Shown piece after piece: positions 12,231-25,681 of a stretch of 64,000 bases of DNA (position 1 is its first letter; the number at the start of each line of letters is the position of its first letter). The position numbers were made by a program, and so were the translations under genes. The stretch comes from Camelus ferus (lineage: Eukaryota): contig NC_045697.1 of assembly GCF_009834535.1 (NCBI RefSeq), positions 3,846,001 through 3,910,000 of the forward strand. The letters run 5' to 3'. Below the pieces are notes generated by a model that was not told the origin of the DNA, made no database searches, and was given only the letters and a program-made list of their open reading frames with translations.

Positions 12231-15200
12231 TTCAAAAAAGGTTTCTTGGTATTCGTCCTTGCTTGTCTGTTGTGGTTATAACGGAATCCATTTCAGAAGT
12301 GGTTCCATGCCCCAAGGCAATTTCTACTTACATTTGTAAGAAGTGAATTTTGAGGTGTCCCCAGGCCCAACCTGTTTAGCATCCAAGATTTGGCCAGTGG
12401 TCAAAGACTAATGCAATTAAAACCGGGCTAAAACCTCGGGCACCCAGAAGGATTCTAAGAACTTGGGCACGCAGAACTTGCGTTCACTAATGGTTCACAT
12501 TTTGCTAAAGAGGAGGTGCCTCTGAGGAACCAAACTGGGTGCAAGGGACAAAAGGTGAGGAAACCAAATGCACCTAAGGAGGGGAGGGGCCAGGAATGAG
12601 GGGGACACCTCCCAAAGAACCCTGGCCTTACTCTGGGGGTCGGGAGTTGCTGAGGGGTTAGAGGGGTAGCAGTAGAGAACCACACAGAAGCCACCAGGTG
12701 TGGGGAAACTCAGAAGTCTGGGCGCCTGAGCGTAAACGGTGGTGCTGTCTCTGAGCTGGGGCCAGCAGGAGGTGAACCAAGAGGAACAGAAACCTTGGTG
12801 TCTCCGTCCACTGCTAAGGCTTCGTAATTTCATACAAATGTAGTGCAGACAAAGTTTATCAAAAACCAAAGTTGCATAATTATTTTTAGTTTAAGAGCTT
12901 AAGCTATACATGATAGGCCATTGACTTCCGAAAGGTTTGTAAAAGGTATCTCTGGATATTCTATTTTTTGTGGGTAAGAAGCTGAAGTCACTACAAGCAC
13001 CAGGAGCTCTGAGCTGAAAGGAATCCCTCCCTAGTTTCAGCTGCCGTGTCACTGGCAGCTCTGGTGTCCGCACAGGGAGCAGGGAGCCCAGCCAGAGAAA
13101 GGTTCCGGCCCCTGGCTCCCCTTTCAGGTGGAGGGTTGCGGGGAGCCAGGCATGGAGCTGGGTGCTGGGCCCAGGGGGCAAGCAGAGCCAAGGACCCTCC
13201 TCTGCCCATCACAGGAGCCAACCCCACTAGGGGCCAGATGCCATGAGAGCACAGCCCGACCCATCCCTTTAACAGGGACCTGTGCTGTCTTCCTGACCAG
13301 ATCTCTGAAAGTGGTACCGCTCCTCCCCCGGCCAGGAGGGCCCGAGGGAAGACACGTCTGTGGACTGCCTGGGCTGTCCCTTCATGAGCTTTGTGACCAC
13401 AGTGTTAGCCCAAGCCTGGGCCCTCAGATGCCTAAGAGAGTTCTCATGCCCTGGGGAAGGCAGTGGTCACAGCCACCACCTCTGGTAGAACACAGGGGCT
13501 ACGTGAGTCAAGCTTCCTATTGTATTAACTATTTCATACTTACCTGTCCCACCACCAGCTTAACAAGTCCGCACTAAACTCTGGGGTTACTCTGCAAAGC
13601 CTTCCCTGACGGGCTGCCACCAGCCCGGCCTCCAGGCTTAGGCTCCCAGACCAGCTGTTTCTAGAACACTCAGGAGTTATTTTGTGCCTGTTGGATGTGC
13701 TCTGTCTCCTCCCCTCTCCACACACCTTTCCCCTTGGGTAGGGTGGCCCAAAGGGCAAGGCAGAGTCACCCCTGCATTCCAGAATTCTATCCAGCAGGCA
13801 GCAGGTCACTCAACATGTGTCTGCTGGCAAATGGAGCAGCCACTGGATGCGTCTGCGAGAGAGGCAACAGCCTGGTGACAAGGAGGCAGGATGGGACCCC
13901 CCACTATACCCCAAGGCCAGTGGGAGTGGGCTGCCTCCAAGGGTGGGGCACACACATGTGTATCGACGCAGGCTCAAGGCAAGAGGGACATATCTGGACA
14001 AATCAAGTCCCAGCACTGAGAATTAAACCGAGGTAACCTCTGAGCAGGGGTAGGAATTCCCCTGGAAAGAGGCAATGGAAGGTGAGAGCTGGGGGGTGGG
14101 GTAGGCGGCAGAGCAGAACACCACAACCTGCTTCCCTGGCCCGACCCCTCCTGGGGGGAGGCAGCCAGCAGGGGTGAGTGACGGTGCCTGAGAACTCCTG
14201 CAAGTTGGGGTGAGAAGCAGTCATCAGGACCCCTTTGTTCTGCATCCCCAGTAAAAGGCCCTTGGCTGGGAGGGCTAGAATCCTTTGTTATATGGAGAAC
14301 AGACACTTCCTCTAGTGGCAGCGTTAGGGACCTCAGCTGTTGACCTCAATTCAGTCCCTGACGGAAGAGGAAAACACTGAGATGGAGGATACTCTCACCT
14401 GCACTGGAGGGGAATCCAACCACGAAGGGCTAATAAGTAATCAATGCCGTGTCTGGATGTGTCCCACTCCAATCCACAGGCCGCAAGGACAGTCGTACCA
14501 AAATGGTCCACATCAAGGTTCCCCGAGAGCCACCAGGACTCTGAATGATGGATCCTGCCCTGCACACAGGCACACACACGCCACCCCGGAACCCTCACCC
14601 CCAGACACCCCAACTGGGAGGGCATGGCTTAACTCTGGACTAGCCTTTCTTCCATGGTGCCCACTCAAATCCACTCAGATCCACCTTCCTTAGCTGGGGA
14701 GGGATGTGTGTGTGACGACTGCAGGGGAAGTACCTCAAGACTCTTTCGAAGACAGACGGCAGGTGGCAGCCACTTCTCCTGAGGGGCTAATTCTGGTGTC
14801 TAAGCCTCCATGAGTCCTGTCCCAGAAGCACCTCCTGGAGGCTCCCTCAACAACCCACCGGGCCTCGTCACTCAATGAATATTCTCTGAGGGTCTCAACT
14901 ATAGTGAACAACAAAAAAAGGCAGACCTACATGCTCAGAAACCTTCAGTCTCTTCTCAGGTTAACCCCAAACCTCTCGCCCCATACGGCCACAGTCCGGC
15001 CCCACTCCCGCCCCTCCTCCTCGCCTCTGTAAGGACCTACACACATTCCAGTGCACGGACGGCCCGGTGCACCCGCACGTGCTGGCCCCACCTTTCTTCA
15101 GCTGTCCCTCAGACACAGCTCCGTGATCCAACAAGCCCTGGGCCCCTGCAAAACTCCAACGGCTTCTACCCTGATGCTAAGGCCGTCTCTTCGCACAGAG

Positions 15201-18200
15201 GACACAAGGAGGTCAGGGCCATGTCCTGAAAGCATAGATGGGTCACACCAGCCCTGCCCCCAAATATCCCTTCAACGGCTTCCACCTGCTCGTGGCACTG
15301 TCTCACATGCTGTTCCCTCTGCCCTCGAAGTTCCCTTGAAAGAGGAGCCAGGAGTGCCTGCCTCCCAGGGGAGCCATGAGGACTGAACGAGGCGCTGGTC
15401 CTTACACACTGAGTGCGGGGACCTGCGCACACACCTGGCCCACAGACACTCCCCGCAGGGACTGAGCGCTAGAGAGCTGGGAGTGACTGTCCCCAAGTGC
15501 AACCGCCCTCAGCTGAGCCAGCATCCTGCAATGGAAAGCAGGGCTTTCAAGAACCGTGGGCTGAAGGACAGTGACACGAGTCGGTGCCAGCCCCACCAGA
15601 GACCTATTGATAACGCCCAAGTGAGGGATCTTACAGTAATGCTGCAGAGGCCTCAGGAAATACACTCTGGGGGCTGTCAATGTTAAGCCACACCCAATAG
15701 AAGGGAAAAGCCTCACCCCAAAAAGCCTGAAGAAGGCAAAAGAGCCTGGAGCGAAAGGAGTCAGGGTCTCACAGTGGCACTTATCCCACGGCGGGTGAAA
15801 TATTTATTCTTGTCTCAGTAGGTCACAACTTAGAGTTGAAGATATGGGACGCCAATGACAAAGGAAGGTGAAAAATAACGGTGTGTCAGGTCCTGCCTGC
15901 AGCTCCCCCAAGAGGCTGGACTCGCACACGCTCGGCGGATGCCAGGCCACAAGAAACTAGCATTATCGGTTTTGGAGGCAAGATAGATCATTGACCCATT
16001 TAACTAACAAAACAGACAAAACAGTCCTCACAAAGAACAGTCAAGTGTGACCTTGTACAGACTGTCACCAAAGCTTCCCTTCTCTTGGCCTCCTCCACAC
16101 TCTAAGTCACCAGGATCCTCACTCCCAGAGGCACATCCAGTGTGCCCCACAACAGGGGGTACAGAGAAGACTGATGGGGAGAGAGGCAAAAGGGGGCCGA
16201 GTGTGAGTGGGGAAAGCAAGACCTGGGGACCTGAACACCCCTCACCTCCTGACAAAACGCTGGGCCCTGTGTTGGCCAGCACTGGGGCCACCGGCCACAC
16301 GCGGCCACTGAACACTTGAAATGTGTATGTTATCATGTTGAAATGAAATACTGGCTTCAACAACGCGAAGTGTCACAAAAAGACTGAAACAACCCAAGGA
16401 TTCATGATCTATTCATATGCAACCTTAAAGGATTGGGGGCACTTTCTGAAAGACTATGAACTGTCTATTTTTAAAGGAAAAAGGCAAGGTACATATTAAT
16501 CTAAGGCAGGCCATGTAATCCCTGCATCTGTACCTGCTGGTATGCGTACAAACTGTCTCTGGAAGAAGATATACACTGAAGCATTCACTGCCTCTGAGAC
16601 GGATTATTGGGGGGCAAAAGGCACACGATAGAAAGGAGATTTTTCATCATATACTCTTTTGTGCTCTTTGGATTCTGAACCGTGAAAATGTATCTATCAC
16701 TTATTGAAAAAAGTTAAAAAGCCATTGCTAAATTAGGAATTCCTGACAATAAAAAATGAACTGTTTTTGCATTACTCCCATTCCCATCCTTCACATCAGA
16801 AAGGCTTCATCAAACCCTGAAACAGTGTCTGGTTTTTCTACAAGTTATCAAGAGACACTAGAGTTTAGGGAGCTCGGTGAAAGCGTCTTAGCCAGCAAAA
16901 AGCTGTAGAGAAAATGAAAATGTTCCGTGACTGAACCACTAACACACAAACAGAAAGCGTTTTGGAAGAGAGAAGTGGAAACAGATGTTTATTAGGCTGC
17001 TTAAGCACAATCATTGTGCTTCTGTGACAAGTGCGAACCCTGAGAGGATCCCTGAGCAAGGCTACCTGCAGAGCTGCACCTGGGGGGCACCTGATTTCAG
17101 CCCACGTGGGTTACTCAACAGCTCAGCAGAGCAAGCACCTTCCCACCCTGCGCTTCAGAGGCCAAGCCAGAAACAGAGGCAGGTCCCAAGGCAAATGGTC
17201 TCGAGGTTAGGTAAGTTCCCAAGGTCATCCAGCGGGGACTCACACCCAGGCCCCTATCCAGAGTGGGAGGACCAGTGGAGTCGGCTCCAATAGACATGGC
17301 CCGACTGCCTCCCACTGCAAAGGAAGAATGGCTGGCTGCCATGCTCCGGAGGAGCCCAGAGCCAGCAAGTGGGTAACAGGAGAGCGCAAACATGTTCCCA
17401 TCCCACTCCCAACCTTCTCCTACAAAGAGCAAAGAAGCTGCGAATGTATCGGGGGAGGAATATTAAAGACAAAGGCAAAGATGACCCAGAGGCCATGGGC
17501 TTACTTACTGCTCCATCACACTTGGCCACCCTTGTTCCGGCAAACGGGGCTCAGGCAGACTCGCAGCCTTCCTGGTGAGAGGCCCCCAAGTCTGAGCCCC
17601 AATGTTCCCAGCACTGGTGGCTTGAGCACTTACGTGCACCAAGAAAACCGCGAGGTGGGAGGTGGTAGAGAAGCTCCTTTCATCTGTTTCTGGCTGAGAG
17701 CAGCGTCAGAGGCTAAGAGGGGCCCTCCACTGACCAGCGGCGAGTGTCATCTTGGCCTCACGCTCCTCGTCTGGGACTGCGGATTGTGTGAACTATTCCT
17801 GGGGCCGACATGAACTGAGATATCACACAAGCCATCAGAGTGGGGTGTGTGCAGGAGCCATCAGCAGAGAGGACACACCAGTAGCCTGTGTTTCTGTCTA
17901 CACAGTGTTTTTCAATTTGAAATATTTATCAATGTATTTAAATATCGAGAAATCACAGCAAGCCCTGGGTGTCTGGCTTCTCTGGAAGTTTGGGAGGATC
18001 TGGCCTCAATGGGCCTGTGTTCCTGCAGGACCAGAAGGCAGCGCTGGGCAGGTCCTCTGGCTGGGCCCCTCCGGTGCCCTACAAGTCATCATTCCTACTT
18101 TAGCACTCCCATCGCCTGTGTGCAAGGTCAGGTCCCTGTTCTGGGGAGTTGTGAAGCTTATACAATTTGGGGAATCCTCTTCAAGAAAAAGGACCTAACT

Positions 18201-20225
18201 ATGCACACAAAATTAGGTACCAGTGAGGGCTTCTGAACGTTAAGTATCATTAACGTTGTCATTAACCCAACTCTTATCTCTGGCTTTTGAAACCTGGGAC
18301 CAGGGACACAGGAGCTGCCGTGCTCACAAGTGATGAAACTCTAGCAGGTAAACCTCCAGCAAGGACTCACATCCAACGTGCCCTCTCTGTTTTCAGACAA
18401 GCAATCACAGAGCCAAAGGACCAAGACCCTTTCTTCATAAGTGCTGTGAGGTTGAGCTTCTTACTTTCCTCTCCCCCCACCCCCACCCCACAAACTTAGC
18501 TTTCCCAAGCTACTGAAGCTGAAAGAAGGTGATTCCAGGAGCAATTAAAAATGCTCACTGAGGACAAAGGGCTACGAGATGCCGGACCTGGGTCCCTGCG
18601 CTAGCGTCCATCAAAGCTCTAAGCGGGCACTCAAATACATTCCTGGATACTATCAACCTGAGATTTTATTTGTCTTCGTCACCAGGACGTGAGGCTGTAT
18701 CAGTGAATACTGTCTCTTCTATTTACTGTGGCGTGTCTGGAGTCTAGAGTAGTGTCTAGAGTAGCTCCTGGCAAAGAGGAAAAGACTCAATGCGTGCTTT
18801 TTCAGGGAATTTTCATAAAGATTACATGAGAACCATTCCTGCCCATTTAAAATAGAGGAAGCTAGGAGTCAGGGAGGCTGAGGAGTCCCGCCCAGACACA
18901 CACAGCTGAACCAAGGCTGCTCCCTGCTCATCTGGAATCAAGGCCATCCGGGAAGGTGTAGGGCAGCTGGATGGGAAGGACGCAACCCTCCCTGACCTGG
19001 TGGAGCAGGTTTCACAAGCCATGACGTTCATCAGAGATTTCTCAAAACTTCTCAGAGTCTTAAGAAATAAACCTCTAAAGTCCTCCGTGTTCAAGACGCT
19101 GTACGTGTAGACTCCCGTCTGTAATTCAGTCATTTCCTGGGGCATCTTGCTCTTTACCTCCCGTCTCATTAACAAACTGTTAGCAATTTCTGATTCCAAA
19201 GCAATCAGAAATAAGCAGAAACACGTAGCGTGATTCAGTTCCCTTGAGAACTGCCAGGCCCCGATGGGTATCTTCTCCACCATTTCCTGAATCCTAATTG
19301 CCTTTGGCAGAACACCTGTCAGGCACCTGGTCCTGCACCAGGCACTTCACACGCATTTAACGTGTGAATAAGAAACGTATTACAGTCACCATTAAACTAC
19401 CAGGGAACAGGCGCGGCGAGGTTAAGAAACTTGCTCCTGAAGGGGTATATAAATATACTCATCTGAGGCAGAGAGGGGGAAAATCTCCAACGATTCCTCT
19501 ACAGCCCATTTCCAAGGTATTTTTTTCCAGATCTCCACCCCTCAAAAACTGACACGCCCCACTGCCACGTATCCTTACACTAGGCCTCTGACTCTGCTCT
19601 GAAAACACAGGGCTAGAGGCTAGTCCGCTTCAACTGTCCCAGAAACAAGGAAGACAAAACAGCAGTCTGCATAGCAAACCTCCTGGGTGATTAAATCCCA
19701 CCTACCCCGTGGGTATTAGGAAGGTGGGTAAGGAAGACACTCAGGTGTTATTACTGTGATCAACCGCTGCACCAAAAATCCCTAGTTTCACACACACATA
19801 AAAGTGCCCAAGAGCTAGAAGTATCTGGAGTCTCTCCTCTCTCAGAAAATGTTCCCGAAGAAGCATCTGATGCTAAACTGTCAATCCCTAAAAACAGTGC
19901 TGACAGTCAACTCAAGATGGGGCAGTGCGCATGCGTCTAACACAGGCCGGAGCGGTCCTGGGACACACACACACACACAGTAGGCCCCTGCTAGATCACA
20001 CCCATTTTCAACTGAGGACTATCCAAGGAAACAGCTCTGCCCAACGCGGGGCTGGGGGTTAAATCATACACGGTAGAAAGCTTGCTCCAGTTAAGTCTCC
20101 AATTACAAAACAAGAAAGGCAAGATTGCAACCACAAACCTGTCCATTAACAGAAGCGCAGGGGAGACAGCCATTGTGTCCAGGGTAAGGACACAGCTCTG
20201 AAAGGACAGTCACAGAAGCACTGAC

Positions 20226-20263
20226 CCTCCCCTCGAAACAGCCCTGGCCGCTGGAACCACCAT
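20226..20263 (-). CDS. TBC1D14: Probable alternative first coding exon of TBC1D14 (MVVPAARAVSRG-G), giving a short N-terminal isoform
   Basis: ATG 20263 in strong context (GGAATGG), 38 coding nt, donor AGG|GTCAGT in phase 2 and so in frame with exon 3. Lies directly downstream of GC-box and E2F-like motifs. Confidence 0.6.
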
Positions 20264-20328
20264 TCCAGGGAAGCACCATGGGCCCCTCGGAGCCCTGCTG
20301 CACACAGTCTAGAAAATTAAGGCACACA

Positions 20329-20365
20329 GGGCGGAGCGAACTGGCGGGAAAGGCGGGTGGGGGCA
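20329..20365. promoter_or_regulatory. Candidate internal promoter motifs (GC box, E2F-like site)
   Basis: GGGCGGAG at 20329-20336, GGCGGGAAA (=TTTCCCGCC) at 20343-20351, then GGCGGGTGGGGGC. Located 65-100 bp upstream of ATG 20263. Confidence 0.5.
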
Positions 20366-21249
20366 GGGCTCTGACTCCTCGCTAGTCACGGAGGGAGGAA
20401 TGCAGGCAGCCTGGGAAGCAAAGCTGAGGGACTGGTTCCAGTGCCCATCTCAGCACCCTGCGGAGACCCAGAGCCATAAAACCCGCAGGCACTGCTGGCC
20501 AAGAAGCACGGCAAAATCCTATCTGGAACAACCTTGTGTGTTCCCACGTGCCAGACACTGCACTTTGTGAGAAGCAATCAGGTATTTAACATGAGTCACC
20601 AAACACAGTCACATAAATCTCTGTCCAAATACCTGCGTTAGAACCATCACTAGGGGATTCTCCCTCCATGACTTCAAATAGCGTTAAATAAGTTTGAAGG
20701 ACAATATCTAACTGACAATGTCAAGTTCTATAAAACTGATCTATTCTAAACCCACAAGAAGTTAGGATGGGCTGGCCGGCCCTTGGGGCAGGCATCATTC
20801 AGTCCAGCGTCAACACTTAGCCCATGGTAGAAACAACCCTTCAGGTGCCCAGCCAGGGTCCTCTTTGTCATAATCAGCCCCCTAGTCCCCTTGAAAAAGA
20901 AAACCACCTGTTGGCGTGTTTGTATGTTTCCAACTGCACAAAAAGAAGTCCGACTGGAGACAGTCAGGAGATGGTTGTCTCTGGCAAGAGGTGGTGGTGA
21001 GGAATAAAGAGAGAAATATTACTTTTACATTACAAATTTCTGTATTGCTTTTTTGAAAATCAAACAGGCATGTTTTACCTTTGCAATTAAAAAGAAAACA
21101 AGACAGATGATCAAATATGGGCGATAAGAGGGCACAAGAGTGGTACTGAGCACCTAGTCTGTACCAGGCCCTGGGACCAGTGAACAAAAGTGACAAACCC
21201 CTGTCCAGTGCAGCTGACACTAACCAACATAACCAACATACTCCGTAGT

Positions 21250-21427
21250 GCTGTGGACCCCAAAGTGGGCTGTCGGGACCAGAGGCAGCATCACCGGGGA
21301 ACTGACTAGAAATACAAGTTCTTGAGCCCGACTCAGACCTACTGAATCAGAAATTCTGGGGTGGGGCCCACAATCTCTAAAGAGCCCTCCAGGTGGCTCT
21401 GATGCTGCTTCAGTTTGAGAAGCACTG
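21250..21427. mobile_element. MER5A hAT-Charlie MITE
   Basis: cagcatcaccggggaact...cagacctactgaatcagaaattctggggtggggccca...tttgagaagcactg. Confidence 0.8.
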
Positions 21428-21769
21428 TTCTGACTATATTTACACACTTAAATTTCCTGCTATCCTACTTAAAACTTCTGGTCAAATTCCTTACTACCCA
21501 AGGAGTCCGTGGCCATTTTTCGGTCTGGCAGGTGAGCTGCTGAGGGGGAGGGCAGAGCAATCACTCACAGCCTGACCACAGCGGAGTCATAGGCCCGTAC
21601 CCGCCTCTTCAGCACAGTCTCCTCCTCAGGATGCTTCTCCTGCACTGTAGGCCCTACAGCTTCGTGTTCCCACATCCTTCCAAATGCTTCCTCAACCTGC
21701 AGTGTTCATGTTTTATAATCATACCTCAACAAAAAGTAATTTCCAAAAATATCCATCATTTTAAAAATC

Positions 21770-24260
21770 ACAAAGAAAAACCCAGGTCCAGATGGTCTCT
21801 CTGGTGAATTCTTCCCAACTTTGAAGGAAGAAATACACAAACTCTTTCAGAGAACAAACCTTTTAATCCCCTCCACACACACTCAAATCAAATTTATTAG
21901 GACGCTCAATGAATACATTTACAAGTGTTACTCACCAAGAAAAAACCAGGGCTTTCTGATGCCCTTAGAGGATCATTTGACATGGAGTATGTGTGCACAC
22001 TTTAAAAATTCCTGCAAAAGCTTTTATTTTTTTTAATTCATATACAAGAAAACTGACTTTTTGGTGTACAGTTCTGAGTTTTAATACATTGGTCAGTTCA
22101 TTTAACTACCACAGAAAAGTCTTATAGAAACTCTGAGAAAACAGAAGGCGGAACATTCCTCAACCCATTTGATAAGGTCAGCATAATCTTGGTACCAAAA
22201 CTTGACAAGAACATTATAAGAAAGGAAAATTACAGGCTATACTCTTTAATGAACAGAGATAGAAAAATTTTTTAAATATTAGCAAATCAAATCCAAATCA
22301 AATCCAATGACAGACACAAAGGATGATTTATCAAGAACAAGTTGGGATTATTCTAGGAATGCAAAGGTAGCTTACATAATATTAGAAAAATATGTTATTC
22401 ACCACATAAACAAAATAAAGGAGAAAACACATATTACCATGAACAGATACAGGGGAAAAAAAGCATTTGACAAATACAACATATTCATGATGCTTTTAAA
22501 CTGTAAAACTAGGAATAAAAGGGATCTTCCTTAATCTAACAAAAGGTATTCAATTTAAAGTAAGGTATCTGATAAAAGGTATCTTACTGCAAAAATCACA
22601 CTTAATAGGGGCAATGGTAAAAGCTTTCCCAGGGACCAGTACCACTTCAATTCAGCATTGTATGGGAATTCCTAGTCATGCAATAAAGCAAGAAAACTAA
22701 ATAAAAAGTGTAAGAATTGGAAAGAAACAAAACTCATCCACAGGCAACGTGATTTTTCTACAGATAAAATCCAAAGCATCCATAAACTATTAGAACTGAA
22801 TTTAGCAAGACCACAGGTTTCAAGCTCTATACACAAAAATTAACTCCATTTCAACATTCATAAAATGGCATTTCTAAAACCATCAAAAATAACAAATGTC
22901 TTGGAATAAAGTTAATGAAAGAAACACAAAAGCTTTACATTAAAAAACTATAAAATATTGTGGAGAAATTAAAGAAAACCTAAATAAATGGAAGGGCGTA
23001 CCATATTCAGAGATCAAAAGGTCTACACATAGTAAAAAATGACCCATGGTTTCACGGTAATCCCACACAAAACCACAGTAGATTCTTTGTGGTAACTGCC
23101 AAAATGATTTGTAAATTTCTATGGCAATGAAAAGGACCTAGAATAACCAAAATAATGTTAAAGAACAAAGCAAGAGGGCTTACTCTGTTAGCTATCAAGA
23201 CCTATTATAGGTCTTGAATATTAGTGAAAGAAAAAATAAATGATGGAACATATATGGTCACCTGGTTTATTTCAAAGGTTCAGGGGGAATGGTGACCTTT
23301 ACAATAAATAAAAATTATCCGCTCACTACCTCACACTATACAGAAAATTAATTCTGATGGATCATGGATCTAGTTGGTAACAGCAAAACAAAGCTTCTAG
23401 AAGATAAAAGAATTTCTTAACAGGATGCAAAAGGCACTAATTGTAAAAAGAAAAATTCTGTAAAGCTGAATTCATTACAATTAAGAAATTCTGTTAAGAA
23501 AACAAAATTCAAAAACATTATTAGAATAAAAACAAAAGCCATAGTGCAGAAGGTACTGCAATACACATATCTCACAACGGACTCTCATCCTGAACATATA
23601 AAGTATGCCTGCAAATCAGTAAGACAACCTCAGACAGCAAGCAGGTCACACCAGATGATTCTCAATGGTAAGATAAGAAAAAGTGCATCAAATCATTAGT
23701 CATCAGACATTTAAATTAAAACCACATACCCTTACCCTATTACCAGAATGGCAAAAAGAAAAACAAAAGAAAAACAGAAGACTGACAGCGCTGAGTTTTG
23801 GAGAGGATGTGGAGCACCCCGACCCCCTGCATGCTGCTAGTGGGAGCACGCGCTGGTACCACCCCATGGTAAAACCACTCGGCAGCATCCACTCAAGCAG
23901 ACAGCACTCTCACCCTGAGGTATATGGCACCAGAAACATTAAGAGTAGCACTCTGCCCAGTCATCAAAAACGGAACAAATCAAACATCCATCCATAGGAG
24001 AACACAGAGAGGTACATCCATACAACTAAAAACTATACAGAATGAAAGAAAATGAACCCTGCTGCCACACAGTAACCACCCGGGTGAACCTCGGACAAAG
24101 GTGAGCAAAGAAAGCTGGTCACAAAAGTATGTGCTGTATGACTCCATTTATCTGAAGTTCCAAAAAAAAAAAAAAAAGGAAACCTCAGGTATGACGACAG
24201 AGTCAGGCAGTGGTTGCCCTTGGGGAGCGAGGAACTGACCCGGAAGGTACTGGTAACACT
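21770..24260 (+). mobile_element. Old L1 (L1M/L1ME-like) ORF2 to 3'UTR fragment
   Basis: A-rich. Starts with ORF2-like aaagaaaaacccaggtccagatggt..ggtgaattc (KKxPGPDG..GEF) and runs into L1 3'UTR phrases (tatgactccatttat..aagttc). Interrupted at ~21860-22120. Confidence 0.8.
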
Positions 24261-25427
24261 CGCCAGTGGGCACTTGTCCCCATTACCACATGACACCTCA
24301 GCAAACACCAAATCAGCTCAAACCACTGTCCTCCAGAGCCTTTTGGGCTGAGGGGCCCCAGCCTGCCTAGTCCCTCCTCTGTGCCCCCAGAGCACGTTCA
24401 CGCTGACTGATGTCTGACAGCCAGCTGGGGACTGTATTTTGGTTATTCACGCATCACCTCCCACTACAAAGTGGGGGTGGGGATCCTACCCTGAGGCCTG
24501 GCATAAAACCTGCTGGATATGCTGCATTAACAGGTAATTCATTAACTAACCCTGAAACACACTCCTGCCTGTGTGCCTCTCGCTGATAAGTCAGAGTCCA
24601 AAACAAAACCCAGTGTTCCCCTGCATCACAACCTCCTTGGAATCTCCTTCAGACACTCCCAACAGTTAAATATAGGAAGGAAAAATTAAACAGGGATGCA
24701 TTCTCTAACATCAGCCTAGGTTTTCACAAGGAGAGAAAGAAGGCAGGGAAAAAATGCCTATGCAATGCAGTACAGAACGCTACTAAGGGAAAAAACACAT
24801 GTATTCTTCATTTCCAACTGAATACTAAAAAAGAGGGAAAGCAGAGGCACTAGGTAGTAACAGTCTGTAAGCATCACAAACCACGAGGGGTCTGGGGATC
24901 AGGGTGAAATGACTACGTTCTTTCAATTTCAGGGAACTTAAGGAGTAAGATCTGACCCAAGGTGGAAAAAGCATACACAGAATTCAGAATCAGGCAGGCC
25001 TGGGCTCAAATCCCAGCTTCATAACAAGCTGCCTAACTTTGGGTAAGAAATGAACTGCTCAGTTTTCTCAGAGGAAGTGAGGTACCACCACTCAGGTACC
25101 TGTTCTGTGACTCTTAAGGGTGCTTATTACTAACACTAAATTTATTCATTATATACGGCCAAGCTTCGAATCTCATCTAATCTTAACCCTATTCATGAAT
25201 GTTATTTTTTTTAATTCAACAAATACGTACTGAGCACTGACCATGTTCCAGGCACTGTGCCAAGTTCAAGGAATACAATCACCGAAGACCAGAGACACAG
25301 GTCCCCATGCTCTAGGGACTTATCTATGATTTTCCTCAAGATGAGGAAATTCAGAGATGTAACCTTGCCTAAGGTCACGCAGTAAACTGAAGGGCTGGAT
25401 TTGGACTTAAGTCCATATTTCCCACGG

Positions 25428-25580
25428 ATGGTTCTCAACTAGAATCACCTAGGGAGGTTTTTAAAAACTCCTAAAGCCCAGATCTCACCCTAAGTCAATT
25501 AAAACTGATCTTTGAGGGTGGGGCCTGGATTTTTTTTTTTAATTATCCTGGACAATTCTATTGTGCTGCAACAGCTGAGA
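25428..25580. mobile_element. MER5B-like MITE
   Basis: ggttctcaactagaatcacctagggag...agggtggggcctgg...tgagaact. Confidence 0.55.
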
Positions 25581-25681
25581 ACTTTGCTCCTTAACTAATA
25601 AATGTTCCCTTCTCATGCCATCTCTTTTCTTTAATTGATGCTTTAATTTATATGGATTTAAGAGTAACATCTTTCCAGCAG

